Notes: generated from the letters alone by a model not told the origin. 64,000 bases of DNA from an archaeon (GCA_020056635.1 JAGVHI010000003.1:28638-92637), one strand, 5' to 3'; shown: positions 25,934 to 36,377, counted from the stretch's first letter. Translations and numbers: made by a program.

Positions 25934-28900
25934 ATGAAAAAGAGCGGGTTTGTGATATCGTTCGAGGCGCTTACAGCGCTGCTCCTGGTATTCGCCACAC
26001 TGTCGCTCATGTATGCCGCGATGAGGGACGCCCCTGCCCCAAGGGAAATAGGCTCCGAGCACAACATCGAGGCGATTGCAAGCGACATCTCGGTCCTCTC
26101 CGGGCTAGTGTACGGGAAAAACCTGAGTACTGGGAGCGCGGACCAGGTGAGCTTCCTTCTCTACCGGCTCCAACCCGGGCTGTGCGCAAGAGTTTATCTT
26201 GTGGAGAATGGCACGGGAGGATATTTTGATTCTGTTTCGAGCGGGGATTGTAGGTTGCCTACTGAGGGGAGCAACCCCGCGCCGCCCATTGCGTATTGGA
26301 CGTTTGACGCAAAGCAGGTGAGGGGCGCCAATGCATCGAACTCCACCTATGCGCTTGATGCAAGCGGAGGAGGTTATGACTGCATTGTAGGAGGGCAAGC
26401 GAGCGATGTCGGGAGCAAGAGTGCGATGCCTGGCAAGCTTGAACGCGAGAGTTGCAGGCGCAAGGGGTGCTACTCCTTCGATGCGGTGGACGACCAGCTC
26501 TCATGCCAGAACTACAGCAGGCTTATGCATGTGACTGCGAGCGATTTCACAATCGGCGGGTGGATCTATCCGAATCCTACAGGCGTCGGCCCAAGCTATG
26601 TTATCCATTCCGGGGAAGGGAGCACTGAGGAGTTCGAGGTCAGGTATTATCCTGCCAGCAGCACCATATCCGCCCGGATTTATGCCCCGCGCAATGGGAC
26701 CGTGAATGCCACGTTGCACCCGCTGGGATGGCATCATTTTGCAGCAGTGGGCAGGGGCTCGAACCTGTCGCTTTATGTTGATGGGGAATACACAAACAGC
26801 ACTGGCATGACTGACAATGGCTTACCGTACATTTCGAAAATATATATGGGGGACGGGTTCAACGGGACCATTGATGAGCTTAAGATTTTCGACCGCGGGC
26901 TGACCGCGGCTCAAGTGCGCGAGGAGGCGGAATATAGGGTGTTTGGCAAGTATGGCTTTGACTATGATTTGCGTGCGCCCTTCTCACACGGCATGGCAGT
27001 GGATGAGAGCGGGAACTGGAATGATTTGAAAGTGAGGGGCAACGCGACGCAGAACATTTCTGAGATGGGCGGGCTGGCATTCAATTTCCCGGGCCCGATG
27101 GGCGGAAGCTCGCTTGAGAATACCACAATTGCGAACTTTACCCAGACAACAGTGATGATGCGGATCAAGCAGAGGTCATACGGCAATTCAACGAATTGGC
27201 CCGGGTTGGCAGCAAGAAGTGGCAGCTTCGCGTTCTATTCAAACACCACTGTAGGAGGCGGGCTTGTACTACTGGTGTGGAATGCAACAGGCGGCGTTAT
27301 ACGAATACCGTCATTGTTACCCCAGGTTCCGCTTGACGAGTGGCACCATGTCGCGTTCACGTATGCAGGTAAGAACGCAACAATCTATCTTGATGGAGTT
27401 GGAGCGAACAGCAGCGACGCGATATACCCATACAATTTAACGCTGTCTGGAACGCAAGGTCCGCTGCAGATTGGCACGACAAATTTCGGTGTGCATGATT
27501 TCAACGGGACAATGGATGATGTGAGGGTTTATTCAAGGGCGCTTGGTGCGAGTGAAATCGAGTCAGCATATAGGGGCTATGTTGAGCACCCTGCCATATA
27601 TGAGAGTAAATCGTTGTTTGGGGCAACATACGCGAAAATTGGCGGGCTCCTTGGAACGATAAACAGGACAGCCGCGTTCTATTCGTTTGACCTTAATGCG
27701 ACTGGCAACATCACAAATGACTCCTCCCCCAATGTCTTGAATGGGCTTGTAGGTGAGGGAATTGCCCAGAAGATGCCGTACCTAAACCGCTCCAATAATA
27801 GCCCAATTGGGAATGATTACCTGAGGCTGCAGAATTTGTCCGCGTTCTACGAGTTTGACGGGGTGAATGACACCATAGCGGTGCCGAGCAATAGCCTGCT
27901 GCAGAACCCTGCTGATTTGACCGTGGAGGCGTGGGTCAGGCCCAAAAACAACGTTCCAGCAAACCAGATTGTGGCATCGTACTTAAATTCTGCAGACAAT
28001 ACTGGATGGGAGCTTAGGCTTGTTGATTCTGGGGGAACACTAAATCAGGTGATAAGGAGGGGCGATGGGGGCGGAACCTCAATCCTCACTGGGAGCGAAG
28101 CAGTCTGGGTCAACAGGTGGAGCTACATCGCTGCGACATTTTCCAGGGCAGAGGGCTCAAAGCTGTATAGGAATGGGATGCTTGTTGGGGGCAATTCAAG
28201 CGATACTGGCCCATGGCCGAACCCAACATTGAGCAATTTCACAATAGGGGGAAACGCATCAGGTTGTGCAACTTGCTTCTTCAACGGGAGCATTGATGAG
28301 GTGAGGCTGTACAACAAGAGCCTGAGCGAAAAGCAGATTTATGAAAGGTACTATCTTCGCGCAAGCTATTCGTTTGATGCCAACAATTCAACCACAGGGT
28401 TCTTCGTGAACGACAGCTCGGTTTACAAGGGGCATTGCAGGCTGGTGAACGGCACTTGGAACAGCACCGGTGGCATTTTGGGCAGGTTCTATGAATTCAA
28501 CGGGAGTACGGGTTCTGGGTTGAACTGCAGCAATTCAAGCTCAAGCAGCATCGTCGCGCTGGGTAACAGGACTGTGATGATGTGGTTTAGGCTGCGGGAG
28601 CCAAGTACCGTATCAGATTATTCGTATATCCTATTTTCACGAGGCCAGATTACATGGGACACCCTTGCGATAAATTCAAGCAGGACTATATTGACGTATT
28701 CGCACTCTTCGCCAACTGGGGTAAGTGTCATAGGCGCTCCAGTAACTCCCCTCTTTAGGGAGGTTCCAAAAAACCAGTGGCTGCATGCTGCCGTATCGTA
28801 CAACAATGCCAGTAAGGAAACCCGAGTTTACTTGAACGGGGTTATGCTTGGGAAAATTGCAAATGACACAGTCACATCCAATGAAGATATCCTCTATGTT

Positions 28901-29059
28901 GGGAGGGACACAGGTGGAAGCTATATGATGAACGGCAGCATGGACGAGGTGAAGGTTTTCGGCAGGGCATTGTCAGATTCTGAAATATTCGATGAGTATA
29001 TGAGCGCTGCAAACCCCAATGAGAGGTTTGCGGTGCGAAGCGTGGTGTGGGGCAGATGA
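25934..29059 (+). CDS. Large pilin-anchored surface protein with four LamG (concanavalin A-like) domains
   Basis: MKKSG/FVISFEAL; four W(H/S/L).(F/V/I/A)A...YxDG/NG...(F/M)NG(T/S)(I/M)D(E/D)..(Y/F).RAL repeats; many N-x-S/T sequons. Confidence 0.88.
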   Translation: MKKSGFVISFEALTALLLVFATLSLMYAAMRDAPAPREIGSEHNIEAIASDISVLSGLVYGKNLSTGSADQVSFLLYRLQPGLCARVYLVENGTGGYFDSVSSGDCRLPTEGSNPAPPIAYWTFDAKQVRGANASNSTYALDASGGGYDCIVGGQASDVGSKSAMPGKLERESCRRKGCYSFDAVDDQLSCQNYSRLMHVTASDFTIGGWIYPNPTGVGPSYVIHSGEGSTEEFEVRYYPASSTISARIYAPRNGTVNATLHPLGWHHFAAVGRGSNLSLYVDGEYTNSTGMTDNGLPYISKIYMGDGFNGTIDELKIFDRGLTAAQVREEAEYRVFGKYGFDYDLRAPFSHGMAVDESGNWNDLKVRGNATQNISEMGGLAFNFPGPMGGSSLENTTIANFTQTTVMMRIKQRSYGNSTNWPGLAARSGSFAFYSNTTVGGGLVLLVWNATGGVIRIPSLLPQVPLDEWHHVAFTYAGKNATIYLDGVGANSSDAIYPYNLTLSGTQGPLQIGTTNFGVHDFNGTMDDVRVYSRALGASEIESAYRGYVEHPAIYESKSLFGATYAKIGGLLGTINRTAAFYSFDLNATGNITNDSSPNVLNGLVGEGIAQKMPYLNRSNNSPIGNDYLRLQNLSAFYEFDGVNDTIAVPSNSLLQNPADLTVEAWVRPKNNVPANQIVASYLNSADNTGWELRLVDSGGTLNQVIRRGDGGGTSILTGSEAVWVNRWSYIAATFSRAEGSKLYRNGMLVGGNSSDTGPWPNPTLSNFTIGGNASGCATCFFNGSIDEVRLYNKSLSEKQIYERYYLRASYSFDANNSTTGFFVNDSSVYKGHCRLVNGTWNSTGGILGRFYEFNGSTGSGLNCSNSSSSSIVALGNRTVMMWFRLREPSTVSDYSYILFSRGQITWDTLAINSSRTILTYSHSSPTGVSVIGAPVTPLFREVPKNQWLHAAVSYNNASKETRVYLNGVMLGKIANDTVTSNEDILYVGRDTGGSYMMNGSMDEVKVFGRALSDSEIFDEYMSAANPNERFAVRSVVWGR

Positions 29060-30015
29060 TGGGTTCAAAAAAAGGCTACATATACACTATTTCGATCGTG
29101 CTGATAGGCACCATACTGTCGATATTTGTGTTCAACGCATACACGCAGCACTACAGTTCGCTTATTTCCCAGCGCATAGAGTCGAGCCTGCCGCGCGCGC
29201 AGCAGGAGTTTGATTTCGTCGCTGCACAGTCGCTTGACCTGGCAAAAAACAGGGTGAGGATTTCCGGCAATTCGACTTTTTACAATGTTACGGTAACAGA
29301 CGTGCTGCCGCACAGGGCTGACAATATGGACTTCATAAACTGGAGCGCATATGGCTACTATTTGAACGGCAGCTACTACGGCCAGTCGCACTCGAACCTG
29401 ACTGTTTCGAAATACTTCTCCAATTCCAATGACGGCATGAACACCACCTTTAGGCTGTCTGCCATGGGGCCTGGAGCGGCAGCCCCCTGGAACAATATAA
29501 TGGACTGGAGAAGGGGGAATGCGAACAGCTCGAATTTCACCTATACGAAAAGCCTGACCCAGAACATGAGCGTCTCTGTGCGGTGCCAGAATGCGTCAAC
29601 AATGAGCCCGGCCGTAGTTCCTGGCAGCGATTCAAGCAATCCGTTCTACATGAAATATTCAGATCCGAATAGGGCATATGCGCAGACTGCCATTGCATCT
29701 GGCGGCGCATCAGAGGATTTGGTGGTATTTTTCATCGAGTTCAACTCAAGCGCGCCCAGCATCAATTTCACATTGAGGTTCGTGAATGAAACGCCTGTGC
29801 TGGGTGTGGGCGGAGGGGCGCAGTGCGAGGTTAACGCAAGCGTAACTACGAATGGATTGAATGAGAATTACACTGTTAAATATGATTTCAATACGCTATT
29901 GAACTACACTGCGCGCGCAGGGGACGTGGCAAACGTCACAAAATCGGCAGTTATAGGCAGGTACATGCGCGACCCGGAGTATTATGCAGCCCCGATAGAT
30001 GATTCGCAGCCTTAG
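29056..30015 (+). CDS. Pilin-like surface protein, class III-like signal peptide
   Basis: MMGSKKG/YIYTISIVL; Asn-rich with sequons. Confidence 0.7.
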   Translation: MMGSKKGYIYTISIVLIGTILSIFVFNAYTQHYSSLISQRIESSLPRAQQEFDFVAAQSLDLAKNRVRISGNSTFYNVTVTDVLPHRADNMDFINWSAYGYYLNGSYYGQSHSNLTVSKYFSNSNDGMNTTFRLSAMGPGAAAPWNNIMDWRRGNANSSNFTYTKSLTQNMSVSVRCQNASTMSPAVVPGSDSSNPFYMKYSDPNRAYAQTAIASGGASEDLVVFFIEFNSSAPSINFTLRFVNETPVLGVGGGAQCEVNASVTTNGLNENYTVKYDFNTLLNYTARAGDVANVTKSAVIGRYMRDPEYYAAPIDDSQP

Positions 30016-30138
30016 CTGGAGCCTATTGCAGGGGCGCGGCTGGGACTAATCAAGGAATATAAAGCTATTATGGGATAAGAATGGCGCAACGCCCCTGGCC
30101 TATAACCGGGGCTAGTTAGGAATTGGAAAAATGAAAAC

Positions 30139-30364
30139 GGGCCCGTAGCTCAGCTTGGATAGAGCGGCAAGAGGGGGCAGCCCCTCCCGCATGCCTTCTA
30201 AGCTGTAGGTCATGGGTTCAGGCCCTTTTCTTTCCGTCCGGAAAGAAAAGCCCCTGGGGAAAAGAAAGAATTTTACTGCGGAAAATATCGCCTTTCGGCG
30301 TTTTTCCGCCCTGAAATATCTTCTCCCTATGGTTATAGGCCGCCCAAAAATCCCATCGGGCCCG
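30139..30364 (+). tRNA. tRNA-Arg(TCT) with two non-canonical introns: 30170-30192 (29/30) and 30220-30347 (56/57)
   Basis: GGGCCCG/CGGGCCC acceptor. Removing the introns gives anticodon arm GCAGC-CTTCTAA-GCTGT and T-arm ATGGG-TTCAAAT-CCCAT; both introns have bulge-helix motifs. Confidence 0.9.
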
Positions 30365-30400
30365 TCCATTATAGAGGCTAGAAGCAGGGAGGTAGGGAAC

Positions 30401-30652
30401 ATGTCATCGGCGCAGGTAAGCGACATAATCGAGCTCATGGAAACAGTGATAAACGACACTTCGATACCGAAGAACATAAGGAAAAATGTCAGCGATGCGA
30501 GGGACAGGCTGAAAAGCGCTGACGAGCTTGCGACAAGCGTGAGCTCCGCAATCTATTCGATTGAGGAGATTTCGGAGGACATTAACATGCCGATGCACGC
30601 GCGGACGCAGATTTGGACAATACTCTCCGCGCTTGAATCGCTAAAGAAATAG
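30401..30652 (+). CDS. UPF0147 family protein
   Basis: INDTSIPKNIRK...EEISEDINMPMHARTQIW. Confidence 0.9.
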   Translation: MSSAQVSDIIELMETVINDTSIPKNIRKNVSDARDRLKSADELATSVSSAIYSIEEISEDINMPMHARTQIWTILSALESLKK

Positions 30653-30670
30653 GGGCAGAAGTTGGGCTAA

Positions 30671-32122
30671 ATGCTTGCGGACGTAAAAAAATTGGAGGAT
30701 GCCGGAAAGCGCCTAGCGCCGGATGCAGTGGAGCTTCTTTTGTCAGTGGATAAGGAGGGGGTGGTGCGCGCCCTGCTTGAGAATCCGGTGCCCATAATTT
30801 CCGCGGACGCTGTGTTGGCGGCAATTGCGGAGGAAGGCAAGATACCCCAGCCAGTGGAAGTGAAGCGCGCATCTGGCTTTGCGCCAATCTCAAAGGAGCA
30901 CAGCCCCAGGCTTAGGGTGATTGAAAGGCAGGACATTTCAGGCAAGTCAAGATGCACTGGCACAATCGAAGATTTTGTGGAGCACTTCCAGGACAGGTTC
31001 AAGCGGGTCGGAAAGATGCTCAAGAACCGCATTTCCGCGAACCCGGTTGTCGAGACAGAACGGCTCAAGGAGAATCAGGGGAAAGGGGTGCGGCTAATCT
31101 GCATGGTTGCGGAGAGGAGGGATACGAAAAAGGGGGATTTGCTCCTGACTGTCGAGGATGGGAAGGGGACTGCGAAAGTGTTTGTCTCAAAGCGCGAGAA
31201 GTGCTTCCTTGCAGCAAAGGGGATTGCGGATGATGAGATAATTGCGGTGGATGGAAAGTATGCGGACCCGTTTCTGATTGCAAGCGAAATCACCTGGCCA
31301 GACCTGCCAGTGGTGCGCGAGCGGAAGCATGCAGAAGAGGATTTGGCGGTTGCGTACATTTCGGACCTGCACATAGGGAGCAGGCATTTTTTGGAGAAGG
31401 AGTTTGCGAATTTCCTTTCCTGGCTCAATGGGAAATGGGGGGATGCAACGCTTGCTGGGAAGGTGAAGTATGTCGAGATTGGTGGGGATATTGTTGACGG
31501 GATCGGGGTCTATCCATCGCAGGAGAAGGATTTGGTGATAAAGGACATCTACAAGCAGTACGAGATGTTCGACGAGTTGATTGTAAATCTGCCTGACTAT
31601 GTCGAGGTGATTGTTTCGCCAGGGAACCATGATGCGGTAAGGAGGGCGGACCCGCAGCCAATTATTCCCATGGAGCTCATGAAGGCGGATGTGAAAAAAG
31701 TCGGCAGCCCGTCACTAGTTGAGATAGAGGGGCTCAAGCACCTGATTTACCATGGGACCTCGCTTGACTCGGTGATTGCAGGGATTCCCGGACTGTCCTA
31801 CAACCGGCCGGAGGAAGCGATGCTTGCGCTGCTAAAGAGAAGGCACCTTTCCCCGCTTTACGGGGACAATTTGATTGTCCCGGAGAAGCAGGACGTTATG
31901 GTGATTGAAGAGGAGCCGGACGTGCTTCACATGGGGCACGTGCACAAGAACGGGCACCTGAATTACCGGGGCACTGTGGTGCTGAATTCAGGAACGTTCC
32001 AGGCAAGAACCGAGTACCAGGAGAGGATGGGGCACATACCCACTCCGGGAAAGGCGTATGTGATGGAGCTCAAAAGCGGAAACCTGAATATGGTGGATTT
32101 CGGGGAGCCGGGCCAGGGATAG
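30671..32122 (+). CDS. polB: DNA polymerase D small (proofreading) subunit DP1
   Basis: ISDLHIGS, GDIVDGIGVYPSQ, PGNHD, YHGTS, HMGHVH, NSGTFQ. Confidence 0.95.
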   Translation: MLADVKKLEDAGKRLAPDAVELLLSVDKEGVVRALLENPVPIISADAVLAAIAEEGKIPQPVEVKRASGFAPISKEHSPRLRVIERQDISGKSRCTGTIEDFVEHFQDRFKRVGKMLKNRISANPVVETERLKENQGKGVRLICMVAERRDTKKGDLLLTVEDGKGTAKVFVSKREKCFLAAKGIADDEIIAVDGKYADPFLIASEITWPDLPVVRERKHAEEDLAVAYISDLHIGSRHFLEKEFANFLSWLNGKWGDATLAGKVKYVEIGGDIVDGIGVYPSQEKDLVIKDIYKQYEMFDELIVNLPDYVEVIVSPGNHDAVRRADPQPIIPMELMKADVKKVGSPSLVEIEGLKHLIYHGTSLDSVIAGIPGLSYNRPEEAMLALLKRRHLSPLYGDNLIVPEKQDVMVIEEEPDVLHMGHVHKNGHLNYRGTVVLNSGTFQARTEYQERMGHIPTPGKAYVMELKSGNLNMVDFGEPGQG

Positions 32123-32124
32123 TT

Positions 32125-35100
32125 ATGTTCGAAGCGGAAGAGGAAGTGAAAAATTATTTCAAGTCCCTACAAGACGGGCTGCAGGAGGCATTGAACCTGG
32201 CAGGATCTGCACGTGCGCAGAATTTCGACCCTGAGCCGTTTGTGGAAATCACGCCTGCGACAGATGTTGCGGGAAGGGTTGAAGGGATAGTAGGGCCCAA
32301 GGGGATTGCAGAAGTGATACGCGCTGCAGAGAAGGGGGGAAGGAGCAGGGAACTGGTCGCATACGAGGTGCTAAAGAAAATCGTGAACGGGGAATTGATG
32401 AGCGGCACGCCCGAGCAGCTTATTGAGCAGGGAGTAAGGACCGGCGTGGGGATACTTACTGAAGGGGTGCTTGTCGCGCCAACCGAAGGGATTGCAAAAT
32501 TCAAAATAAAGCAGAACCAGGACGGAAGCAGCTATTTGGCTGTGTATTATGCAGGTCCGATCCGCTCTGCTGGCGGGTCAGTTTGCGCGCAAAGCGTGGT
32601 GCTTGCGGACGCGGCTCGGCAGCATTTCGGGATTGGGGAGTTTAGGCCGACTGAAACCGTGCTTGAGAGGTATGTTGAGGAAATCAACACGTACGATGCA
32701 CGGGTTGCGCGCGTGCAGTACAAGCCCACGGACGAGGAGATAAAGCACATAGTGAGGAGCTGCCCAGTCTGCATTGATGGGGACCCGACCGAGAAATTGG
32801 AAGTGTCTGTTAGAAGGGACGTGCCAGGAATCGAGACTAATAGGATTCGCTCCGGGATTGCGCTTGTGATTTGCGAGGGGATTGCGCAGAAGGCTGCCAA
32901 GGTGATGAAATACTCCAAAAAGGTCGGGGTGTCCTGGCCTTGGATTGAGAAATTGGTGAAGGTCGCAAGGAAGGAAGGGGCGGTTGAACTTAAGCCGAAT
33001 GGGAGTTATTTGGAGGATGTTGCTGCGGGGAGGCCGATTTTCGCCTACCCGCTTGCGCCCGGCGGGTTTAGGCTGCGGTACGGAAGGACTCGGGTTTCCG
33101 GGCTCATGGGAAAGGCGATACACCCTGCGACCATGGTGCTTCTTGACAAGTTCCCGGTGATTGGGACGCACATGAAAATAGAGAGGCCGGGAAAAGGGAC
33201 AGTGGTTGCGCCATGCGACACGATTGAGGGGCCGGTGGTGCTGCTAAATGATGGGAGCGTGGTGCGGGTCGCAAGCCTTGAGCAGGCAATGCAAATTGCG
33301 CACAAGGTGAAGGAAGTGCTGTTCTTGGGGGACATGCTGGTGCCAGTGGGCGATTTCATAAAATCCGGCCATTTCCTTGTGCCTGGCGCATGGTGCGATG
33401 AGTGGTGGGGCGCTCTTGCAAAGGAAAAGGGGATTGGGCAAAAAGCGGAGCTAAAAGCTGGGGAGGCGTTCGCGCTTTCCCGCAAGCACAATATTCCGCT
33501 GCACCCGAAATACACGTACCACTGGCACGATATCAGTTCGGCGCAGCTTGATTCGCTTGCAAAATGGCTGATGGGGGGCAAATTGAACTTTGAGCTGCTC
33601 TGGCTAAAGTCGTTTGAGGCGCAGGCCGCGCAGGAGAAAAGGACGCTTGAACTTCTGTGCATTGAGCATTCGGTTGTTGACGGAAAAGTGGTTATTGATT
33701 CGGAGAACGCGTTTGCTCTGCTCAAGACATTGGGGATATTGGTGGATGGGAAGCTTAATGCGGAGAAGTATGCGTCTGTTTTCAAGCCGGAAGCAGACGC
33801 GATGGAGAACGTGAATGCGCTTGCTGGCGTGGTTGTGAAGAAAAAGGCACCAGTGTACATTGGAGCTAGGATGGGAAGGCCGGAAAAGGCGAGGGAGCGG
33901 GAGATGAAGCCTGCGGTGCACGGGCTTTTCCCGCTTGGGACAGAGAAAAACAGGAACATACTAAAGCAGTACAAGGACGTGAAGGCCGAGGCAAAGAGGC
34001 AGATTTTCGTAGAGATTGCAAGGATGCGGTGCGCGCAGTGCGGGAAAATAACGCCGGCCGTGAAATGCACGTGCGGCGGCAGGGGGGAAATCGAGAAGGT
34101 GTGCACAAAATGCTCGCGCGTGTGCAAGGGCAAGGAATGCCCGTGCGGTGGGAAAGCGGAAGGGTTTGAAAAGCGGAATGTCGATTTGGTTGAGATGTTC
34201 GATTCGGCGAGGAAGCATTGCGGCGAGGGGGCGCCATTCGAGCTTCGCGGGGTCAAGGGGCTTGTAAGCGAGAACAAGATACCGGAGCCGCTTGAAAAGG
34301 CGATGCTTCGCGCAAAGCACAATGTGAGCGTGTTTAGGGACGGGACGTGCCGGTTCGATGCGACAAACGTGCCAATAACTTACTTCACACCTGCAGAGAT
34401 ACAGACCAGCGTGCAGAAGCTGCGCAAGCTCGGCTATTCCAAGGATATAGAGGGTGCGGAGCTCAAGAGCGAGGGGCAGGTGTGCAGGCTGCTCCCGCAG
34501 GACGTGCTGCTCTCCGAGAACGGCATTGAATACATGAAGAACATTTCGAAATTCGTGGATGATTTGCTCGTCTGCCTGTATGGTATGAGGCCGTATTACA
34601 ATATGGAATCAAAGGAGGATTTGGTCGGGGCGCTTGTTGTCGGGATTTCGCCGCACACCTCCGCAGGGATGCTTGAGAGGATAATAGGATTCACAAAAGC
34701 GCACGTGGGGTATGCGCACCCGTACCTGATTGCAGCAAGGAGGAGGAACTGCGACGGGGATGAGGACTGCATGCTGCTCCTAATGGATGCGCTCTTGAAT
34801 TTCTCGCGTGCGTACCTGCCGACTAGCAGGGGCGGGACTATGGACGCGCCGCTTGTGCTCACCATCAATGTGGAGCCGGCTGAGGTGGATGATGAGGTGC
34901 ATGCGATGGAAATCTGCTGGGAATATCCCCTTTCGTTCTATGAGGCTGCGGAAAAGTTCGCGTCCGCAAGCGATGCGGGCCTCAAGCTTGTGAAGGACGT
35001 GCTAGGGACGCCTGCGCAATACGGGGATTTTGGCTATACGCATGCAACAAGCTCGATAAATGCAGGGCCGCTGTCCAGCACTTATGTTACATTGGAAACA

Positions 35101-35496
35101 ATGGAAGAGAAGGTGAACGCGCAGTTTGCGCTGCAGAAAAAGCTGCGGTGCGTAGATTTGCAGGATGCGGCATCCCGGGTGATATTGAACCACTTTCTGC
35201 CGGACATGTACGGGAACCTGCGCTCGTTTTCGAGGCAAACCTTCAGGTGCGTGGAATGCAATTCGATTTACCGGAGGCCGCCCCTGATTGGGAAATGCAG
35301 CGCGTGCGGCGGGAAGCTGCTGCTCACCATAAACAAGGGGAACATTGAGAAATACCTGGACCTCGCGTCCAGGATGGCAAGGGAATATGGGCTGCCGGAT
35401 TACATGAAGCAGAGGTTTGAGCTCATCAGGCAGGATATCAGGTCCATATTTGTGGATGAGAAGAGCAAGCAGGTCGGATTGTCTGATTTCATCTGA
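32125..35496 (+). CDS. polC: DNA polymerase D large subunit DP2 (no intein)
   Basis: YYAGPIRSAGG, GGFRLRYGRTR, IGARMGRPEKA, RRRNCDGDED, C-terminal Zn finger and QVGLSDFI PIP-like tail. Confidence 0.97.
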   Translation: MFEAEEEVKNYFKSLQDGLQEALNLAGSARAQNFDPEPFVEITPATDVAGRVEGIVGPKGIAEVIRAAEKGGRSRELVAYEVLKKIVNGELMSGTPEQLIEQGVRTGVGILTEGVLVAPTEGIAKFKIKQNQDGSSYLAVYYAGPIRSAGGSVCAQSVVLADAARQHFGIGEFRPTETVLERYVEEINTYDARVARVQYKPTDEEIKHIVRSCPVCIDGDPTEKLEVSVRRDVPGIETNRIRSGIALVICEGIAQKAAKVMKYSKKVGVSWPWIEKLVKVARKEGAVELKPNGSYLEDVAAGRPIFAYPLAPGGFRLRYGRTRVSGLMGKAIHPATMVLLDKFPVIGTHMKIERPGKGTVVAPCDTIEGPVVLLNDGSVVRVASLEQAMQIAHKVKEVLFLGDMLVPVGDFIKSGHFLVPGAWCDEWWGALAKEKGIGQKAELKAGEAFALSRKHNIPLHPKYTYHWHDISSAQLDSLAKWLMGGKLNFELLWLKSFEAQAAQEKRTLELLCIEHSVVDGKVVIDSENAFALLKTLGILVDGKLNAEKYASVFKPEADAMENVNALAGVVVKKKAPVYIGARMGRPEKAREREMKPAVHGLFPLGTEKNRNILKQYKDVKAEAKRQIFVEIARMRCAQCGKITPAVKCTCGGRGEIEKVCTKCSRVCKGKECPCGGKAEGFEKRNVDLVEMFDSARKHCGEGAPFELRGVKGLVSENKIPEPLEKAMLRAKHNVSVFRDGTCRFDATNVPITYFTPAEIQTSVQKLRKLGYSKDIEGAELKSEGQVCRLLPQDVLLSENGIEYMKNISKFVDDLLVCLYGMRPYYNMESKEDLVGALVVGISPHTSAGMLERIIGFTKAHVGYAHPYLIAARRRNCDGDEDCMLLLMDALLNFSRAYLPTSRGGTMDAPLVLTINVEPAEVDDEVHAMEICWEYPLSFYEAAEKFASASDAGLKLVKDVLGTPAQYGDFGYTHATSSINAGPLSSTYVTLETMEEKVNAQFALQKKLRCVDLQDAASRVILNHFLPDMYGNLRSFSRQTFRCVECNSIYRRPPLIGKCSACGGKLLLTINKGNIEKYLDLASRMAREYGLPDYMKQRFELIRQDIRSIFVDEKSKQVGLSDFI

Positions 35497-36377
35497 TTGG
35501 GCCCACCTCGACTCTTGTGACGGGGCGCACGCCAAAATCAAGCGCAACCGCCTCGAACCCTATTCCCAGGAATTCGCTTGCATGCCCCAGGTTGACTGCT
35601 ATGTCAAGGCAGCCTGTGGAGGATGGGAGGATTATTGGGATGCCCTTGCCTGCGCCTTCGAAAGTCAGCCGTATTTCAGCCCGCCCATCGTAGAGCACAT
35701 GCGAGTTTTCTATGAGCAGGTGAGAGGTAAATCCGATGGGATTGGAGACATTATCGTTTGGGATTGTTGTTCGCAGGTTCCCATAGGAATCGATATCCGC
35801 AAGGAAGCCGCATGATGGTGGCGTGCCATCGTTCGGCTGAAGGGAAATCCGGGCAAGGCGCTCGTTTGGAATCTGCGGGCCGAATTCCAATATGCCCACT
35901 CCGGAAAAAAGATGCGCGGCTGCAGGCGCAAACACGTCGCGCCCCTCGAAAGTGCAGGAGTTTGCGTGCTCAAGTAGAGTGAGAGCATTGTTTTCTATGC
36001 AGACTGCGCAATCCACCCCTTCCTGCTGGAACGCAAGCGAGAGAAGGCCGTTGTCGGGCCCGATTAGGAGCTTGCCTTCTTTTGTCCGGACTATCAGGCG
36101 CGCCCGTGGAGTGCCGACGCCCGGGTCCACTACAGCGACGAATATGTCGCCTTCCCGCGAGCCGTTTGAGCCCACAGCCCGTGAAAGCTTCCATGCGCCG
36201 GAGAGTATGTTCCCGAGCTTTACGTCATGCGTTATATCGTCCGTGCGGAAATGGGCGCGCTCGCATATGCGACGTATTGAGGAGCGCAGCAGATATTTTG
36301 CCTCATCAAGCCCGAAATCAGTGAGAAGCGAGATGAGCGGCTCGCGCCCGTGGAACGGATTTTGAGCCCTGCCGCAT
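35489..36377 (-). CDS. SAM hydroxide adenosyltransferase/chlorinase family (DUF62); 5' end appears frameshifted
   Basis: In-frame upstream of the track ORF: ISLLTDFG, DITHDV, then VVDPGVG, IGPDNGLL, TFEGRDVFAPAAA, IDSYGN. The nearest ATG (36377) is out of frame. Confidence 0.8.

Noticed and set aside
30212-30400. N-terminal extension of the UPF0147 ORF
   Set aside because: It runs through tRNA-Arg; the real start is the ATG at 30401 with a GGAGGT RBS.
33045-34322. Long antisense ORFs (425 aa here, also 37165-38331 and 36588-37499)
   Set aside because: Ser/Phe-rich shadows expected from purine-biased sense strands of real genes.
32125-35496. Possible intein in PolD DP2
   Set aside because: The length is normal and the RRRNCDGDED region is uninterrupted.
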